A DNA stretch of 64,000 nucleotides from an uncultured Bacteroidales bacterium (GTDB taxonomy: Bacteria > Bacteroidota > Bacteroidia > Bacteroidales > GCA-2748055): positions 229,912 through 293,911 of the forward strand of contig CAWBWE010000014.1 in the NCBI GenBank assembly GCA_963792395.1, written 5' to 3'. This document shows, piece after piece, positions 51,338-63,000 of this stretch. Under the pieces are notes generated by a model. The model was not told the origin of the DNA. It worked only from the letters and a program-made list of their open reading frames with translations, and ran no database searches. Both the position numbers and the translations under genes were made by a program. Within the stretch, counting starts at the first letter, position 1; every line of letters starts with the position of its first letter.

Positions 51338-52813
51338 TTATACCAGGATTTCCTCGCTTTCAGCTCTGTTGCCAGCCCGGTCTACGGTGACCACTTTATA
51401 GCTGGCTTTTTTTTCAGTGACCTTATACCGGAATGGATCTGTGCTGATCTGCGGTTCATGCAGAATGGTAGCCATCAGTTTATCTCCCTGGTATACTTCG
51501 TAGTGGGAGAGTGGCTCATTGGCTGCCAGGGCGCTGTTCCAGCTGATCTCCACCTTCTCCCTTCCGCCGGTTTTAATATCCTGCGGAGGAGTAAGTCCCC
51601 TGAAAGGAAGCTGGAAGTAATTGGTCTTCCCCTCCTTGATTCCCCTGGTGCTTCGCTCGATCTTTTCTCTTTCCTTCTGACTCAGTCCATCGGGGGCGAT
51701 TTGAGCCGCATAGTAATTTTGTACCAGCTGGCATTTCAGATGATCTTCCGAGATTTGACCGATCCCGATAATGGCTGTATGGATGCCGGGGGTGGTCAGT
51801 GCATATTCGATAAGTGGTTTACTGGGGAGTTCCCTGGTTCCCACGCTCCGGACCACCCCGTCCGAATCCCGTGTCCAGCTGGCATATTTGGAGTACATGG
51901 CGCCGTCGGCAAATACTTTCATGGCAATAATTCCCATGTTTTTGGCCTGGGCCACCGGGATCACGTTGTGCTGGTGATTCAGGTAAAGCCCGTCGTTGGA
52001 ATTGATGGCTACCAGCATGGCATCCAGAAGCTCATAGTTATCCCGCCGGATCATATCCATCATGGCCGGGGAGTTGATGTGACCGGAAAGCCCTATATGC
52101 CTGATCAACTTCTCATTCTTCGGATTCAAGCCGGTGAGGTTGGTCCCGTCCCGATAGTCCCGGAGTGCCACCAGAACGCCAAAGTTTTCCTTCGGGTCCA
52201 GCGGGGTCTCCAGGCCCCGGTACATCACATCCACTTCCTCCACAAAATTAAGGTTATGGGTAAGCACCATATTTACATAAGATCCTTCCGGGTAGGAACC
52301 CTCACCATCCCCAAACATTTGTGAGAGGGATCTCTTCAGGTCTTTAATGGCTCCTCCTGCCGGATCCCCATTGGACCAGTTATTTACATTTTCCAGTTCC
52401 GGGAAGCCTGGTTTGGCCCAGCGTTGATGGGTCTTGGTGGTAAGGAAAATGGATTCACGCAATTTCTCATCATAGCCCTCCTCCCCCGGAATCAGATGAA
52501 GTTCCCGGAAGGCCTTGCCAAAATGGAGCTGACTGTCCGCATAGAGATTGGAGGTATCAAAATAGTTGACCCCCATCCTGAAGGCTTTCAGGATGATGGG
52601 GACCGGGTCCACATCTGCAGGCGTCCATTGCAGGGAGGCCTGTCCACCCAGCCCCAGTGTGGTCACCTCGAAGGGGATCTTTCCAAAAGTTCTTTTCATG
52701 GGGGCGGGTAGCTGGCTGAGTCCGAAACGGAAACCAGGCAGTATAGTCAGTCCGGCTGCAGCTGCAGCAGAGAGCCTGACAAACTCACGGCGGGAAAGGG
52801 TTTGGTTCTTCAT
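51338..52813 (-). CDS. Twin-arginine-signal aldo/keto reductase with a C-terminal Fn3/Ig-like domain
   Basis: The preferred start is MKNQTLSRREFVRLSAAAAAGLTILPG (ATG 52813). The AKR core includes LGLGGQASLQW and YFDTSNLYADSQLHFGKAF. The last roughly 90 aa form a beta-sandwich-like domain (EISWNSALAANEPLSHYEVYQGDK...YKVVTVDRAGNRAES). Confidence 0.8.
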   Translation of the reverse strand: MKNQTLSRREFVRLSAAAAAGLTILPGFRFGLSQLPAPMKRTFGKIPFEVTTLGLGGQASLQWTPADVDPVPIILKAFRMGVNYFDTSNLYADSQLHFGKAFRELHLIPGEEGYDEKLRESIFLTTKTHQRWAKPGFPELENVNNWSNGDPAGGAIKDLKRSLSQMFGDGEGSYPEGSYVNMVLTHNLNFVEEVDVMYRGLETPLDPKENFGVLVALRDYRDGTNLTGLNPKNEKLIRHIGLSGHINSPAMMDMIRRDNYELLDAMLVAINSNDGLYLNHQHNVIPVAQAKNMGIIAMKVFADGAMYSKYASWTRDSDGVVRSVGTRELPSKPLIEYALTTPGIHTAIIGIGQISEDHLKCQLVQNYYAAQIAPDGLSQKEREKIERSTRGIKEGKTNYFQLPFRGLTPPQDIKTGGREKVEISWNSALAANEPLSHYEVYQGDKLMATILHEPQISTDPFRYKVTEKKASYKVVTVDRAGNRAESEEILV

Positions 52814-53085
52814 AGTAACATTTTCATTAAGTGCTCGTCCTAAGGATAACGCAAGATAGGGCAAAAGGCTGGAATAATCCAATGTACGAATACGAACAAC
52901 CCTGTCCGATAACGGACTTAGCCCTTGGTCATAAATTGCACTTAAGACGCACATTAATAGTAAGATAGATTGTGTGGCACAGTTTCTGAAAGTACTAGTA
53001 AGGTTTGAAATAATGGAAACGGCATGTACCAATCCAGCCATATGTTTGTCACGATTGAACGAATTTCTAATAAAACAAAAAAACT

Positions 53086-55549
53086 ATGTGGAGAAATTTT
53101 ATTCGGGTGGCCATCCGAAGCATCAGCAAGAACAAAGCCTTTAATGCCATTAATATAGCTGGATTGGCAATTGGTCTGGCCTCTGCCATCTTTATCATTT
53201 TATACATTATAAGCGAAACCAGTTATGACAAGTTCAATGAGCGGTCAGCCGATATCTACCGGCTTTATATGGATGGAAAGATGGCCGGGGAGGAGTTCAA
53301 GGGTGCCTGGGTTAGTGCCATCACCGGACCCGCTTTCCACGAGGAGATTCCGGAAATTGAAAATTTCTGCCGCTTCGACTGGGCCAATAACCGCCTGATG
53401 TGGGTCGATCCGGCCAATAAGTACCTGGAGAACCAATTGCTCTATGCCGACTCTACCTTTTTTGAAGTCTTCAGCATAAAACTTCAGCAGGGAAATCCTT
53501 TTACTTGCCTGGATGAACCTAATACCATTGTACTTACGGATTCAAAGGCGGAACAGTACTTTCCCGAAGGTAGCCCCATCGGAAAATCCATTGCCATGAA
53601 TAACGACTCCACCCTATACCGGGTCACCGGGGTGGTGGAGGAGGCACCCCGCACTTCTCATTTCGACTATGATTTTATATGCTCTTATTCCACCTATGAA
53701 TCGAGCCGTCGCACCTCCTGGTTCAACAATCATATGCAGACTTACCTGCTGGTTAGTCCAGGAGCCGATCCAGAGCTGCTGGATGAAAAGTTGCAGACCA
53801 TCACGATGAAATACATCGGGCCAGAACTTGAGCAGATAATGGGGGTTAGTTTAGAAGAACTGTTTGTCAACAGGTGCTAAGTATGGTTATCATCCCCAGC
53901 CGCTGCTGGATATCCATCTGAATTCGGATATTGAGGTACCCAGTGATATCGGCTACCGCCCCAATGGAAACCGCACCTACCTGATCATTTTCGGAATCAT
54001 TGCCTTCTTCGTCCTGATCATTGCCTCCATCAACTTTATGAACCTGAGTACGGCCCGTTCCCTGAGTCGTGCCAAGGAGGTAAGCCTGAGAAAGGTGGTG
54101 GGTTCTGACCGAAAGCAGCTTATACAGCAATTCCTGTTTGAAAGTGTCTTTCTAAGCCTGGTTTCCCTGGTGATTGCCATTGTACTGGTCACAGCGCTGT
54201 TGACACCCTTCAACGAGCTGGTGGGATTGAACCTGGTATACGGGGATATCTTCCGCTGGTACATGATACCCTCATTTGTTTTGCTGGCCGTGCTGGTGGG
54301 ACTATTAAGCGGCAGCTATCCCTCCTTTGTCCTGGCCTCTTTCAGACCTATTTTTGCTTTAAAAGGCAATGCAAGTGTAAAAAATGGAACCACGGTATTG
54401 AGAAATGCCCTGGTGATTATCCAGTTTTCCATCTCTATCATCATCATTGCCGGGACCCTGGTCATATACTGGCAGTTTAAGTATATGACCAATAAGGACC
54501 TGGGTTTTGATAAGGAGCAACTGGTGGTAGTGGAGCGCATCCATCCCCTGGGAGCGGGAAATGAAATACAGACCTTTAAAAAGGAATTGCTAAACCATTC
54601 AGCAGTGCTTTCGGCCACCAATTCCACAGCCTACCTGGGGGCTCCTAACAACAACAATGCCTACGCCATCAAAGGCAGGCCAATGGAGGAAACGGTGCTT
54701 TTCCATACCTTCTGGACCGATGAGACTTTTATGGAGACTTATCAGTTTGGACTGGCCACCTCAGACAGTCGCTATTTTTCTGAAGATTTCTCCAGTGATT
54801 CTTTGGCCTGCCTGGTGAATGAGGCAGCCGTCAGGAAGTATAACCTGGAGGACCCTCTCAATCAGTCTATTATGTGGGGATTTGATGATCCTGAAAATGC
54901 CAGGGAGCTCAGGATAATCGGGGTCATGGAGGACCATCATTTCCTGACCCTGAAGCACGAGGTGGGTGCGCAGATCGCCATCCTGAAGGACAAGAACTGG
55001 GAATGGTCGGGTTATCTTACGGTGCGACTGGCTCCAGGGCAGGAGAATATTGAAGCAGGACTGGCTCATATTCAAGATAAGTGGGAGGAATTTACCAGTG
55101 ATCAACCCCTGCAATATTTTTTCCTGGATGAGGAGCTCGATTCATATTATGCTGAAGAAAAAAAGACCGGGGCAGTCACGATGATTTTCTCGATCCTGGC
55201 CATTTTTATTGCTTCGCTGGGTCTCTTCGGACTGACCCTCTATAATTCTCAGAAACGTATCAGGGAGATAGGCATACGTAGAGTGATGGGTGCTACTGAG
55301 ACCAATGTGATCACCGTGATTTCAAAAAGCGTGGGTTATGCCGTTGGAATATCCATCCTGATTGCCATGCCGGTGGCCTATTTTATGATGCAGGATTGGT
55401 TGAGGGATTTCCCCTACAATGTAGGATTCCAGCCCGTACTGTTTATCATGGCTGCCCTGCTGGCCATAATTATTGCCATGGTGACGGTGACCATTACCTC
55501 ATTGAAGGCTGCCCGTATCAATCCGGCTGCTGCACTGCATTACGAATAA
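53086..55549 (+). pseudogene. FtsX/MacB-type ABC transporter permease (duplicated MacB_PCD plus FtsX architecture), paralogue 1, one frame break near 53870
   Basis: MWRNFIRVAIRSISKNKAFNAINIAGLAIGLA is a typical N-terminus for the large Bacteroidota FtsX permease family. A C-terminal FtsX domain with REIGIRRVMGAT is present. ORF pieces are 53086-53880 and 53864-55549. Confidence 0.85.
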
Positions 55550-55567
55550 CTAAAATAACAATCTATA

Positions 55568-58023
55568 ATGTGGAGAAATTTCTTTCGTGTAACCCTGCGT
55601 AGTCTTAATAAGAACAAGGCTTTTAATGCAATCAACATAGCTGGACTGGCCATTGGCCTGGCCAGTGCCATCTTTATTATTCTTTATATTCTCTCTGAAA
55701 CCAGTTATGACAGGTTCAATGAACGCGGCGCAGATATTTACAGGCTCTATATTGAAGGAAAGATGGCCGGTGAAGAGTTTACAGGAGCCTGGAACGCACC
55801 TATTGCAGGCCCTACCTTTTATGAAGAGATCCCTGAGATAGAGAATTTCTGTCGCTTCGATTTTAGAAGTAATCAGCTGGTATGGGTAGATCCTGACAAC
55901 AAAAATCTGGAAGATCGCATCCTGCTGGCCGATTCATCTTTCTTTGAGATGTTTTCCATTAAGTTATTGGAGGGGAATCCGGCCACCTGTCTGGATGAGC
56001 CCCAGACAGTCCTGTTGACTGAATCTAAGGCCGCCCTCTACTTTCCGGAAGGCGATCCCATTGGCAAGTCCATCGCCATGGATAATGAATCCAATCTGTT
56101 CCGGGTGACAGGAATTGTGGAAGATGCACCCCGGACCTCTCATTTTGTTTACGATTTTATCATTTCCTATCATTCGGACGAACGAGGAAAGAGCACCTTC
56201 TGGTTTAGCAATTGGATGATGACCTATATTCTGGTGCGTCCGGGAACCGACCAGGATGCCTTAAACGGCAAGATCAGGGCCTCGGTATTTGAAAATATTC
56301 GTGCTCAGTTGCAGCAGTTCATGGGGATCTCACCGGAAGAGTTTGAAGAGGCCGGAAACAAATATGGTATATTGACGCAGCCTCTGTTAGATATTCATCT
56401 GGATCAGGAGATAGATGTTCCCAATGGGAACGGATACCGCCCCATTGGAAACAGGAATTACCTGGTGATTTTCGGGGTAATCGCATTTTTTATCCTGGTG
56501 ATTGCCTCCATCAACTTTATGAATCTGAGTACCGCCAGGTCACTAAGCAGGGCGAAAGAGGTTAGCCTGCGTAAAGTAGTGGGATCGGACAGGAAGCAAC
56601 TGATACAGCAGTTCCTGTTTGAAAGTGTATTCCTGAGCCTGATCTCGTTGGTTCTTGCACTTATTGTGGTTATAAGCCTGATTCGCCCCTTTAACAACCT
56701 GGTGGGAATGAATCTGGAATTTGGAGATATTTTCCGTTGGTATATGATCCCTGCATTTATTTTGCTTGCCATTCTGGTGGGACTGCTAAGTGGAAGCTAT
56801 CCTTCATTTGTTCTGGCCTCTTTTAAACCCATTTTTGCATTGAAAGGAAATGCAAGTGCAAAAAACGGAACCACCGTGCTAAGGAATACACTGGTGATCA
56901 TTCAGTTCTCCATCTCCATGATCATTATTGCCGGGTACATTGGTAATTTACTGGCAGTTCAGACTATATGACCAATAAAGACCTGGGATTTGATAAGGAG
57001 CAGCTGGTGGTGCTGGAACGTTTGCATCCCCTGGATGGACAACTTCAGACCTTCAAAAATGAGCTGACAACTCACTCCGCAATTCTGACTGCCTCCAACT
57101 CTACAGCCTACCTGGGTGCAACCAATAACAACAGCACCTATGCCATTCAGGGAAGGCCTGTTGAAGAGAGCGCCATGCTCTTTGTTTACTATACAGATGA
57201 GGACTTTATGAAGACCTTTAAATTTTCCCTGGCCACACCCGACAGCAGGTTCCTTTCAAGGGATTTCCCCGGCGACTCATCAGCCTGCCTGATTAACGAG
57301 GCAACAGTAAGAAAGTATGGACTGGAGGATCCTCTGAATACAAGATTTTTGGAGCCTGGTGAAGAGGGATTTGAGAATGAACTCAGGGTGGTCGGGGTTG
57401 TAAGTGATCACCATTTCTCGAGTCTGAAAGAGGAGATTGGAGCACAGATTATCATGCTGAAGCCCCAGGACTGGGATTGGCATGGATACATCACGGTGCG
57501 CCTGGCGGCTGGCAAGGAGAATACGAAGGCCGCCCTGGACTTTATAGATAAGACCTGGAGGGAGTTTACCAACGATGAGCCGCTCCAGTTTTTCTTCCTG
57601 GATGAGCAGCTGGAAAACTATTATGCAGAGGAGAAACGTACCGGGATTATTACCATGATCTTCTCCATCCTGGCCATTTTTATTGCATCGCTTGGCCTGT
57701 TTGGTCTAACGCTTTATAATGCACAAAAGAGGATCAGAGAGATAGGCCTGCGCAAAGTGCTTGGCGCGACTGAATCCGATATAATCACCGTCATTTCAAA
57801 GAGTGTGATCTATGCGGTGGGGATCTCCATAGTGATTGCCATGCCCGTGGCCTATTTTATGATGCAGGACTGGTTGAGGGATTTTCCCTACAACGTGGGG
57901 TTCCAACCCCTGCTCTTTTTGGCAGCAGCGGTACTGGCCATTATCATTGCCATGGTAACGGTCACTATTACCTCACTGAAGGCAGCCCGGATCAACCCGG
58001 CGCTGGCCCTGCATTACGAATAA
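55568..58023 (+). pseudogene. FtsX/MacB-type ABC transporter permease, paralogue 2, two +1 insertions 28 bp apart (about 56936 and about 56964)
   Basis: It aligns by eye to paralogue 1 along its whole length. Removing t56936 and c56964 restores AGTLVIYWQFRYMTNKD, compared with AGTLVIYWQFKYMTNKD in paralogue 1. Confidence 0.85.
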
Positions 58024-58065
58024 TAAGCAGCACCTGACTGGCAGTTATTTTTTCACCTGTAATCT

Positions 58066-58097
58066 CCGGAATCCTCCATGAGGGTTCCGGCTTTTAT
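58066..58097 (+). terminator. Rho-independent terminator after the permease pair
   Basis: It has a roughly 10-bp stem CCGGAAUCCU-(loop CCAUG)-AGGGUUCCGG followed by CUUUUAU. It lies 43 nt after the stop at 58023. Confidence 0.75.
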
Positions 58098-58161
58098 ATG
58101 GGCTCTCAACAAATACTCAATAATTATTGTTTTATATTGTTAGCGTCAAAAGTAGCTGAAT

Positions 58162-58539
58162 ATGAATAAATGGCCCATAGGCGGTGCATCATTCTTCCTT
58201 GCATTCCTGGTTTTAGCTTTTTCTGCCTGTGCTTTCAATAGTGAGGAGGAGCTATACGGTATTGTGGAATGTGACACGACTCTGGTTACCTGGGAGTATC
58301 CCATTCAGGAGATCCTGAGTGAGAATTGTGTCCGGTGCCACAATGCGGACCTGAACTATAATGGTGTAAGGCACGACACCTATGAACACGAGCTTATTGT
58401 GGTGAACGACGGGCGCTTACATGGAGTGGTCAATCACCTTCCGGGTTATCCCCAGATGCCCTACCAGTTGCCACAGCTGCCGGAGTGTGACCTCCTGCTG
58501 ATTAACCTTTGGTTAGAGCGGGGAGCACCTGAGAATTAA
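58162..58539 (+). CDS. Small lipoprotein with a single CxxCH haem-c-type motif
   Basis: 125 aa with the lipobox LAFSAC and the motif ENCVRCHNAD. The context resembles Planctomycete-type cytochrome c (PSCyt) domains. Confidence 0.55.
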   Translation: MNKWPIGGASFFLAFLVLAFSACAFNSEEELYGIVECDTTLVTWEYPIQEILSENCVRCHNADLNYNGVRHDTYEHELIVVNDGRLHGVVNHLPGYPQMPYQLPQLPECDLLLINLWLERGAPEN

Positions 58540-58544
58540 GATAA

Positions 58545-59444
58545 ATGAGAAGAAACTTTCAAATTGTTTTGCTCATCTTGCCGTTCAGTTTCTTGCAGCT
58601 GACCGCACAGGATCTGGATTCCATCCTTCTGTCTCTGGAATCAACTCCGGGTCCCTCCTATAGCCTGAGCACCTTTCGTTCCACCCGGGTTGTACTGAGT
58701 CAGTCGATTGAAACCCCGGTGAAACAGGACCTTACTTTCATTATCTCTCACCAGTTCGGGAACATCAAGGGCGGTCTCTATGATTTTTTCGGATTGGATC
58801 AGGCTTTTAACCGCTTAGGCTTTGAGTATGGGATCAGTGACATCGCCGGGCTCACTTTCGGTCGCAATTCCTATGAAAAAACTTATGATGGTGCAGTGAA
58901 GATCAGACTGCTGAGGCAACAGAGGGGAGTGAGAAACATGCCCTTGTCTCTCACCTGGTACAGCGGGATCTTTCTGAATACGCTGAAATGGAGCGATCCG
59001 GAACGGGAAAACCTGTTCAGCTCCAGGCTCTCTTATGTGAATCAATTGCTTATTGCACGAAAATTCAGCAAACGACTTTCTCTTCAGCTCAGTCCCACAC
59101 ATATCCACCGGAACCTGGTGCGACGAGAAATCGATCAGAACGATGTGTTTGCCCTGGGATTTGTCGGGAAATACAATTTTGCTCGGAAAGTCTCCATCAA
59201 TTCGGAGTATTTCTGGTTGATGCCCGGACAAACTGCAGATGACTTTCAGAATAGTTTTTCAGTGGGGTTCGATTTTCAGACTGGGGGACATGTGTTCCAG
59301 CTCCATATTTCCAATTCGCAGGGCACCACGGAGAAGGATTTTATTGCCGGAACCACTGGCCGGTGGCTGGATGGGGACCTCTTTCTGGGATTTAATATTT
59401 ACAGGGTTTTTCCATTAAGTGAGAAACGAAAAAACATATACTAA
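58545..59444 (+). CDS. Signal-peptide beta-barrel outer-membrane protein (DUF5777-like)
   Basis: 299 aa with a signal peptide (ILLILPFSFLQLTAQ) and alternating strands. The family name is from memory and is unverified. Confidence 0.45.
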   Translation: MRRNFQIVLLILPFSFLQLTAQDLDSILLSLESTPGPSYSLSTFRSTRVVLSQSIETPVKQDLTFIISHQFGNIKGGLYDFFGLDQAFNRLGFEYGISDIAGLTFGRNSYEKTYDGAVKIRLLRQQRGVRNMPLSLTWYSGIFLNTLKWSDPERENLFSSRLSYVNQLLIARKFSKRLSLQLSPTHIHRNLVRREIDQNDVFALGFVGKYNFARKVSINSEYFWLMPGQTADDFQNSFSVGFDFQTGGHVFQLHISNSQGTTEKDFIAGTTGRWLDGDLFLGFNIYRVFPLSEKRKNIY

Positions 59445-60016
59445 AGTACCTGAAGCTTTGCTTAAACACATTTATATCATTCTATTCATGACCTCCCTGG
59501 GATTCACGGTTCTCGGACAGGACCCGTCGGTGTTCAGTACCCGGAACGGCAAGGCTTATTTCCTTTCTGATGCACCCCTGGAAATGATCTCGGCCAGCTC
59601 CAAGCAGTTTAATAGGCGTGCTGAATATCGAGGACAGGCGTTTCAGCTTTTCCATACCGGTTAGCACCTTTGAGGGATTTAACTCTTCCCTGCAGCAAAC
59701 CCACTTCAATGACGATTACCTGGAAACAGATATTTATCCTCATGCCACTTTCAAGGGGAAGATCATCGAGGAGGTGGACCTTAGGGTACCGGGCCAATAC
59801 AGGATCAGGGCCAAGGGAAAACTGGATATTCACGGGCTGGACAATGACAGGATCATCCGTTGCGATGTAAGTGTCGAACCCGGAAGAATTAAGGTGAAAG
59901 CTGAATTTACCGTATTTCTGAACGATCATAATATTAAGATCCCATCCATTGTGAATCAGAAAATTGCTGAGGAGATACAGGTGGAAATCGAATTTGAAAT
60001 GCAAGCCTCTAACTAG
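59419..60016 (+). pseudogene. YceI-like (polyisoprenoid-binding lipocalin-like) periplasmic protein, one frame break near 59610-59640
   Basis: The N-terminal piece has a signal sequence and ...GKAYFLSDAPLEMISASS. The C-terminal piece (59618-60016) contains FNDDYLETDIYPHATFKG...GKLDIHG..., which is typical of YceI. The start codon is uncertain. Confidence 0.65.
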
Positions 60017-60023
60017 ACTGCTT

Positions 60024-63000
60024 ATGTTAAGGTTTCCCATCTTTATGCTCTTGTTAAGCTTATCAGTGGCAGCTGCTGGCCAGAGACCCTACCAGAGGCT
60101 CCATGAACTCTTTAGCGGCAGGGAGGATTACCGGGTCGAGAGCATCCTGCAGGATTCCACCGGGATCATTTGGTTCGGAACCAATAGAGGCCTGTTCAGA
60201 TACGATGGGTTCAGCTACGAAAAGTTTACGGCCTCCGATGGTCTGGCCGAGGATAGGATATCTTCCCTGTGCTGGATTCATGAGGATCTTCTTTGGATCG
60301 GCCATACCGGGGGAGCCATCAGCCAGTATGATGGAAGGAAGTTCAGCAGTTTTGAACCTGAAGAGGGCCTGGGCAAGGTGGAGATTACCGATATTGCGGT
60401 GGACCCCTTGGGACAGATCTGGTACTCAACTATGGGCGAAGGGCTGTTCAGGTACGATGGCAGGCATCTGGCCAACTTCGACACGGAAGACGGACTGTCC
60501 GACAACTATGTATATGATATCGAAATTGATCGGAAGGGGGCGCTCTGGCTGGCTACCGATTACGGAATCAGCCATTTTGCTCGCGACACCTTCAAAGAAT
60601 CTCCATGAGAGATGGCTTGCCTGACAACATTGTCCGGGTACTGGAGATTTCGGAAGATCGCATCTGGCTGGGCACCGACGAAAGTGGGATCTCTTCCTAT
60701 GATACTCTTGCGGGCAGCTTTATGAATTTCGGGAACTGGGAATACGGGCCGGTCACCGGCCTTGTGCATTGTCGAGAACACATCTGGGTTAGTACCGAAG
60801 GCAAGGGCTTGATTGAGGTCGAAATCAGTGAGGACTCCACGGCGGTATACAGACAGATTACGGAATCAGAAGGCTTGATTTCCAATCGCTTGAATACAGT
60901 TATTAAAGATACTGAAGAAAACATCTGGATTGGCGGAAGGCGTGGCATTGTTCAGTTGCTACCTCCGTTGTTTGAATTCCTGGATATGGAATCGGGATTG
61001 CCCTTTGAACAGGCAAGCAGTCTGCTAAAGGACCGCACGGGAAATCTTTGGGTTTGTTCAGAAATGGGATTGTTCCGGGGAATCCCCAATAATTCCGACC
61101 AGCTAAACTGGGAGAATATTTCTGAAAAACTTCAACTAGAAGAGGTGAGTTTTATTTCGCTCTATGAGGATACTCAGGGTTCTATCTGGGCTGGAAGTCT
61201 GGGGAGTGGGCTGGTTGTCATAGATCCGGAACATATGCGTTTCAAAATGGTTGATAAAACCAATGGCCTGAGTGACGACAATATCATCAATATAACGGGT
61301 CAGGACCACCTGGTTTGGATCAGCACACTGGGTGGAGGAGTCATAAAATATGACCTTGAACAGGATCAGTTTATGCATTTTAACCAATCCGGGCTGAAAG
61401 ACAATTACATTTATAGTTGCCGGGTGGATCCGGATGCCAGAGTCTGGGTGGCTGCTTCGCTTCAATTTCCACATTATATTCAGGATGATTCTCTACAATT
61501 TCTCTCAGACAGTTCTTTTGCTGTTCCGGCTTTGCATGGAATTGCAATTGATTCGCGCGAACAGATCTGGTTCAATACCCTGAGCAATGGCATCCTGAAA
61601 CTAGGAAAGCAGGCAGTGGAGCAATACGGTCCAGAGCAGGGGGTGAGGTATCAAGAAATCCAATCCCTTGTATTTGATAAGTATGACAATTTACTGATTT
61701 TTGCGAATGAGGGACTTCAGATTATGGATACGGAAAGCGGTTCTTCCATATACCTGGATGAGCAAACCGGATTGGGATATCGCTACCCCGTTCTTAATTC
61801 GGTCCATACGGACCAGGACCAGCAAATCTGGTTCGGAACAAATACAGGGATAATTAAATACAATCCCGATTTCCTGTATATCACGGAGCAAATGCCCCGG
61901 GTTTATATTTCCACCCTGCGGCTCTTTGACTCATCGGTGGACAGGACCAGGAGAAGGTACGGATACCGGAGCAATAATTTCACCTTTGGATATACCGGCT
62001 TATGGTACAAGAATCCAGAATTGCTGACCTTCCGTTACCAGCTTGAGGGCTATGATCTGGACTGGAATTACTACCACCGGAACCGGGTGATCACCTATCC
62101 TAAACTTCCTCCGGGACACTATACTTTCAGAGTGGAGGTAAGCATCGACGGGCTTACCTGGAACAAACCAGACGAGGGTGTGTATGTTTGCAGAATCGTT
62201 CCGCCCTTCTGGAAGAGGTTGTGGTTCATTTTCGGTGCGATCCTGTTAGTGATTATAGGAATCCTGTTTTATATAAGGCTAAGACTGAACGGATTAGAAA
62301 AGGCTAAGAAGCTTCTGGAGGAACAGGTCAAACTCAGAACAGAGCAGATCCGTAAAAAAAATTTGGAGCTGGAAGCTCAAAAGGAAGAAATTGCAAACCA
62401 GCGGGATTATGCCGAAGAGCAACATGATCAAATTCGTCATCAGAGGGATGAAATACGTTCCAGCATCAGCTATGCACAGAGGATCCAGTCTGCGACCCTC
62501 CCGCCGGAAGGTGTAATGAAAGAAATGCTGCATGAGTACTTTGTTTTTAACAGGCCCAGGGACATTGTGAGTGGTGACTTTTACTGGGCAGCCAAAGGAG
62601 ATACCTCGGTCTTTTTTGCAGTTGCGGATTGCACCGGACATGGAGTGCCCGGGGCTTTTCTGAGTATGCTGGGTATCTCATCCCTTAATGAGATTATTAA
62701 ATCACTAGAAAATTGCTCTGCCGCTAAGCTACTGGATCAATTGGCCACCCGTGTAAGAGAATCTCTCCATCAGACCGTTGAAGCTACAGAAGATTCCAGT
62801 ATCGACGGAATGGATATTGCACTTTGCCGCTTACTTCCCACTAAAGGTCTTCTTCAGTATGCGGGAGCAAACAACCACCTTTACCTGATCAGAGATGGCA
62901 AAATCAAAGTTTACAAGGCTGATAAACAAGATATAGCAAGCAAGTATGAAACCCCCCTTCCCTTTACCAACCATTCTATAGATACAAAGGCCGGTGATGT

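Noticed and set aside
52975-52989. A sigma-54-like promoter, TGGCAC-N5-CTGA, about 100 nt upstream of the first FtsX permease.
   Set aside because: The -24 element is perfect, but the -12 element lacks the conserved GC (TGA instead of TGC). No enhancer-binding protein gene is in the window. The evidence is too weak to annotate, though it is worth re-checking once indel errors are corrected.
52814-53041. The 76-codon N-terminal extension of the aldo/keto reductase ORF.
   Set aside because: The extension has no signal-like or AKR-like features. The internal Met at 52813 is followed immediately by a textbook twin-arginine leader, so the region is better interpreted as divergent promoter DNA.
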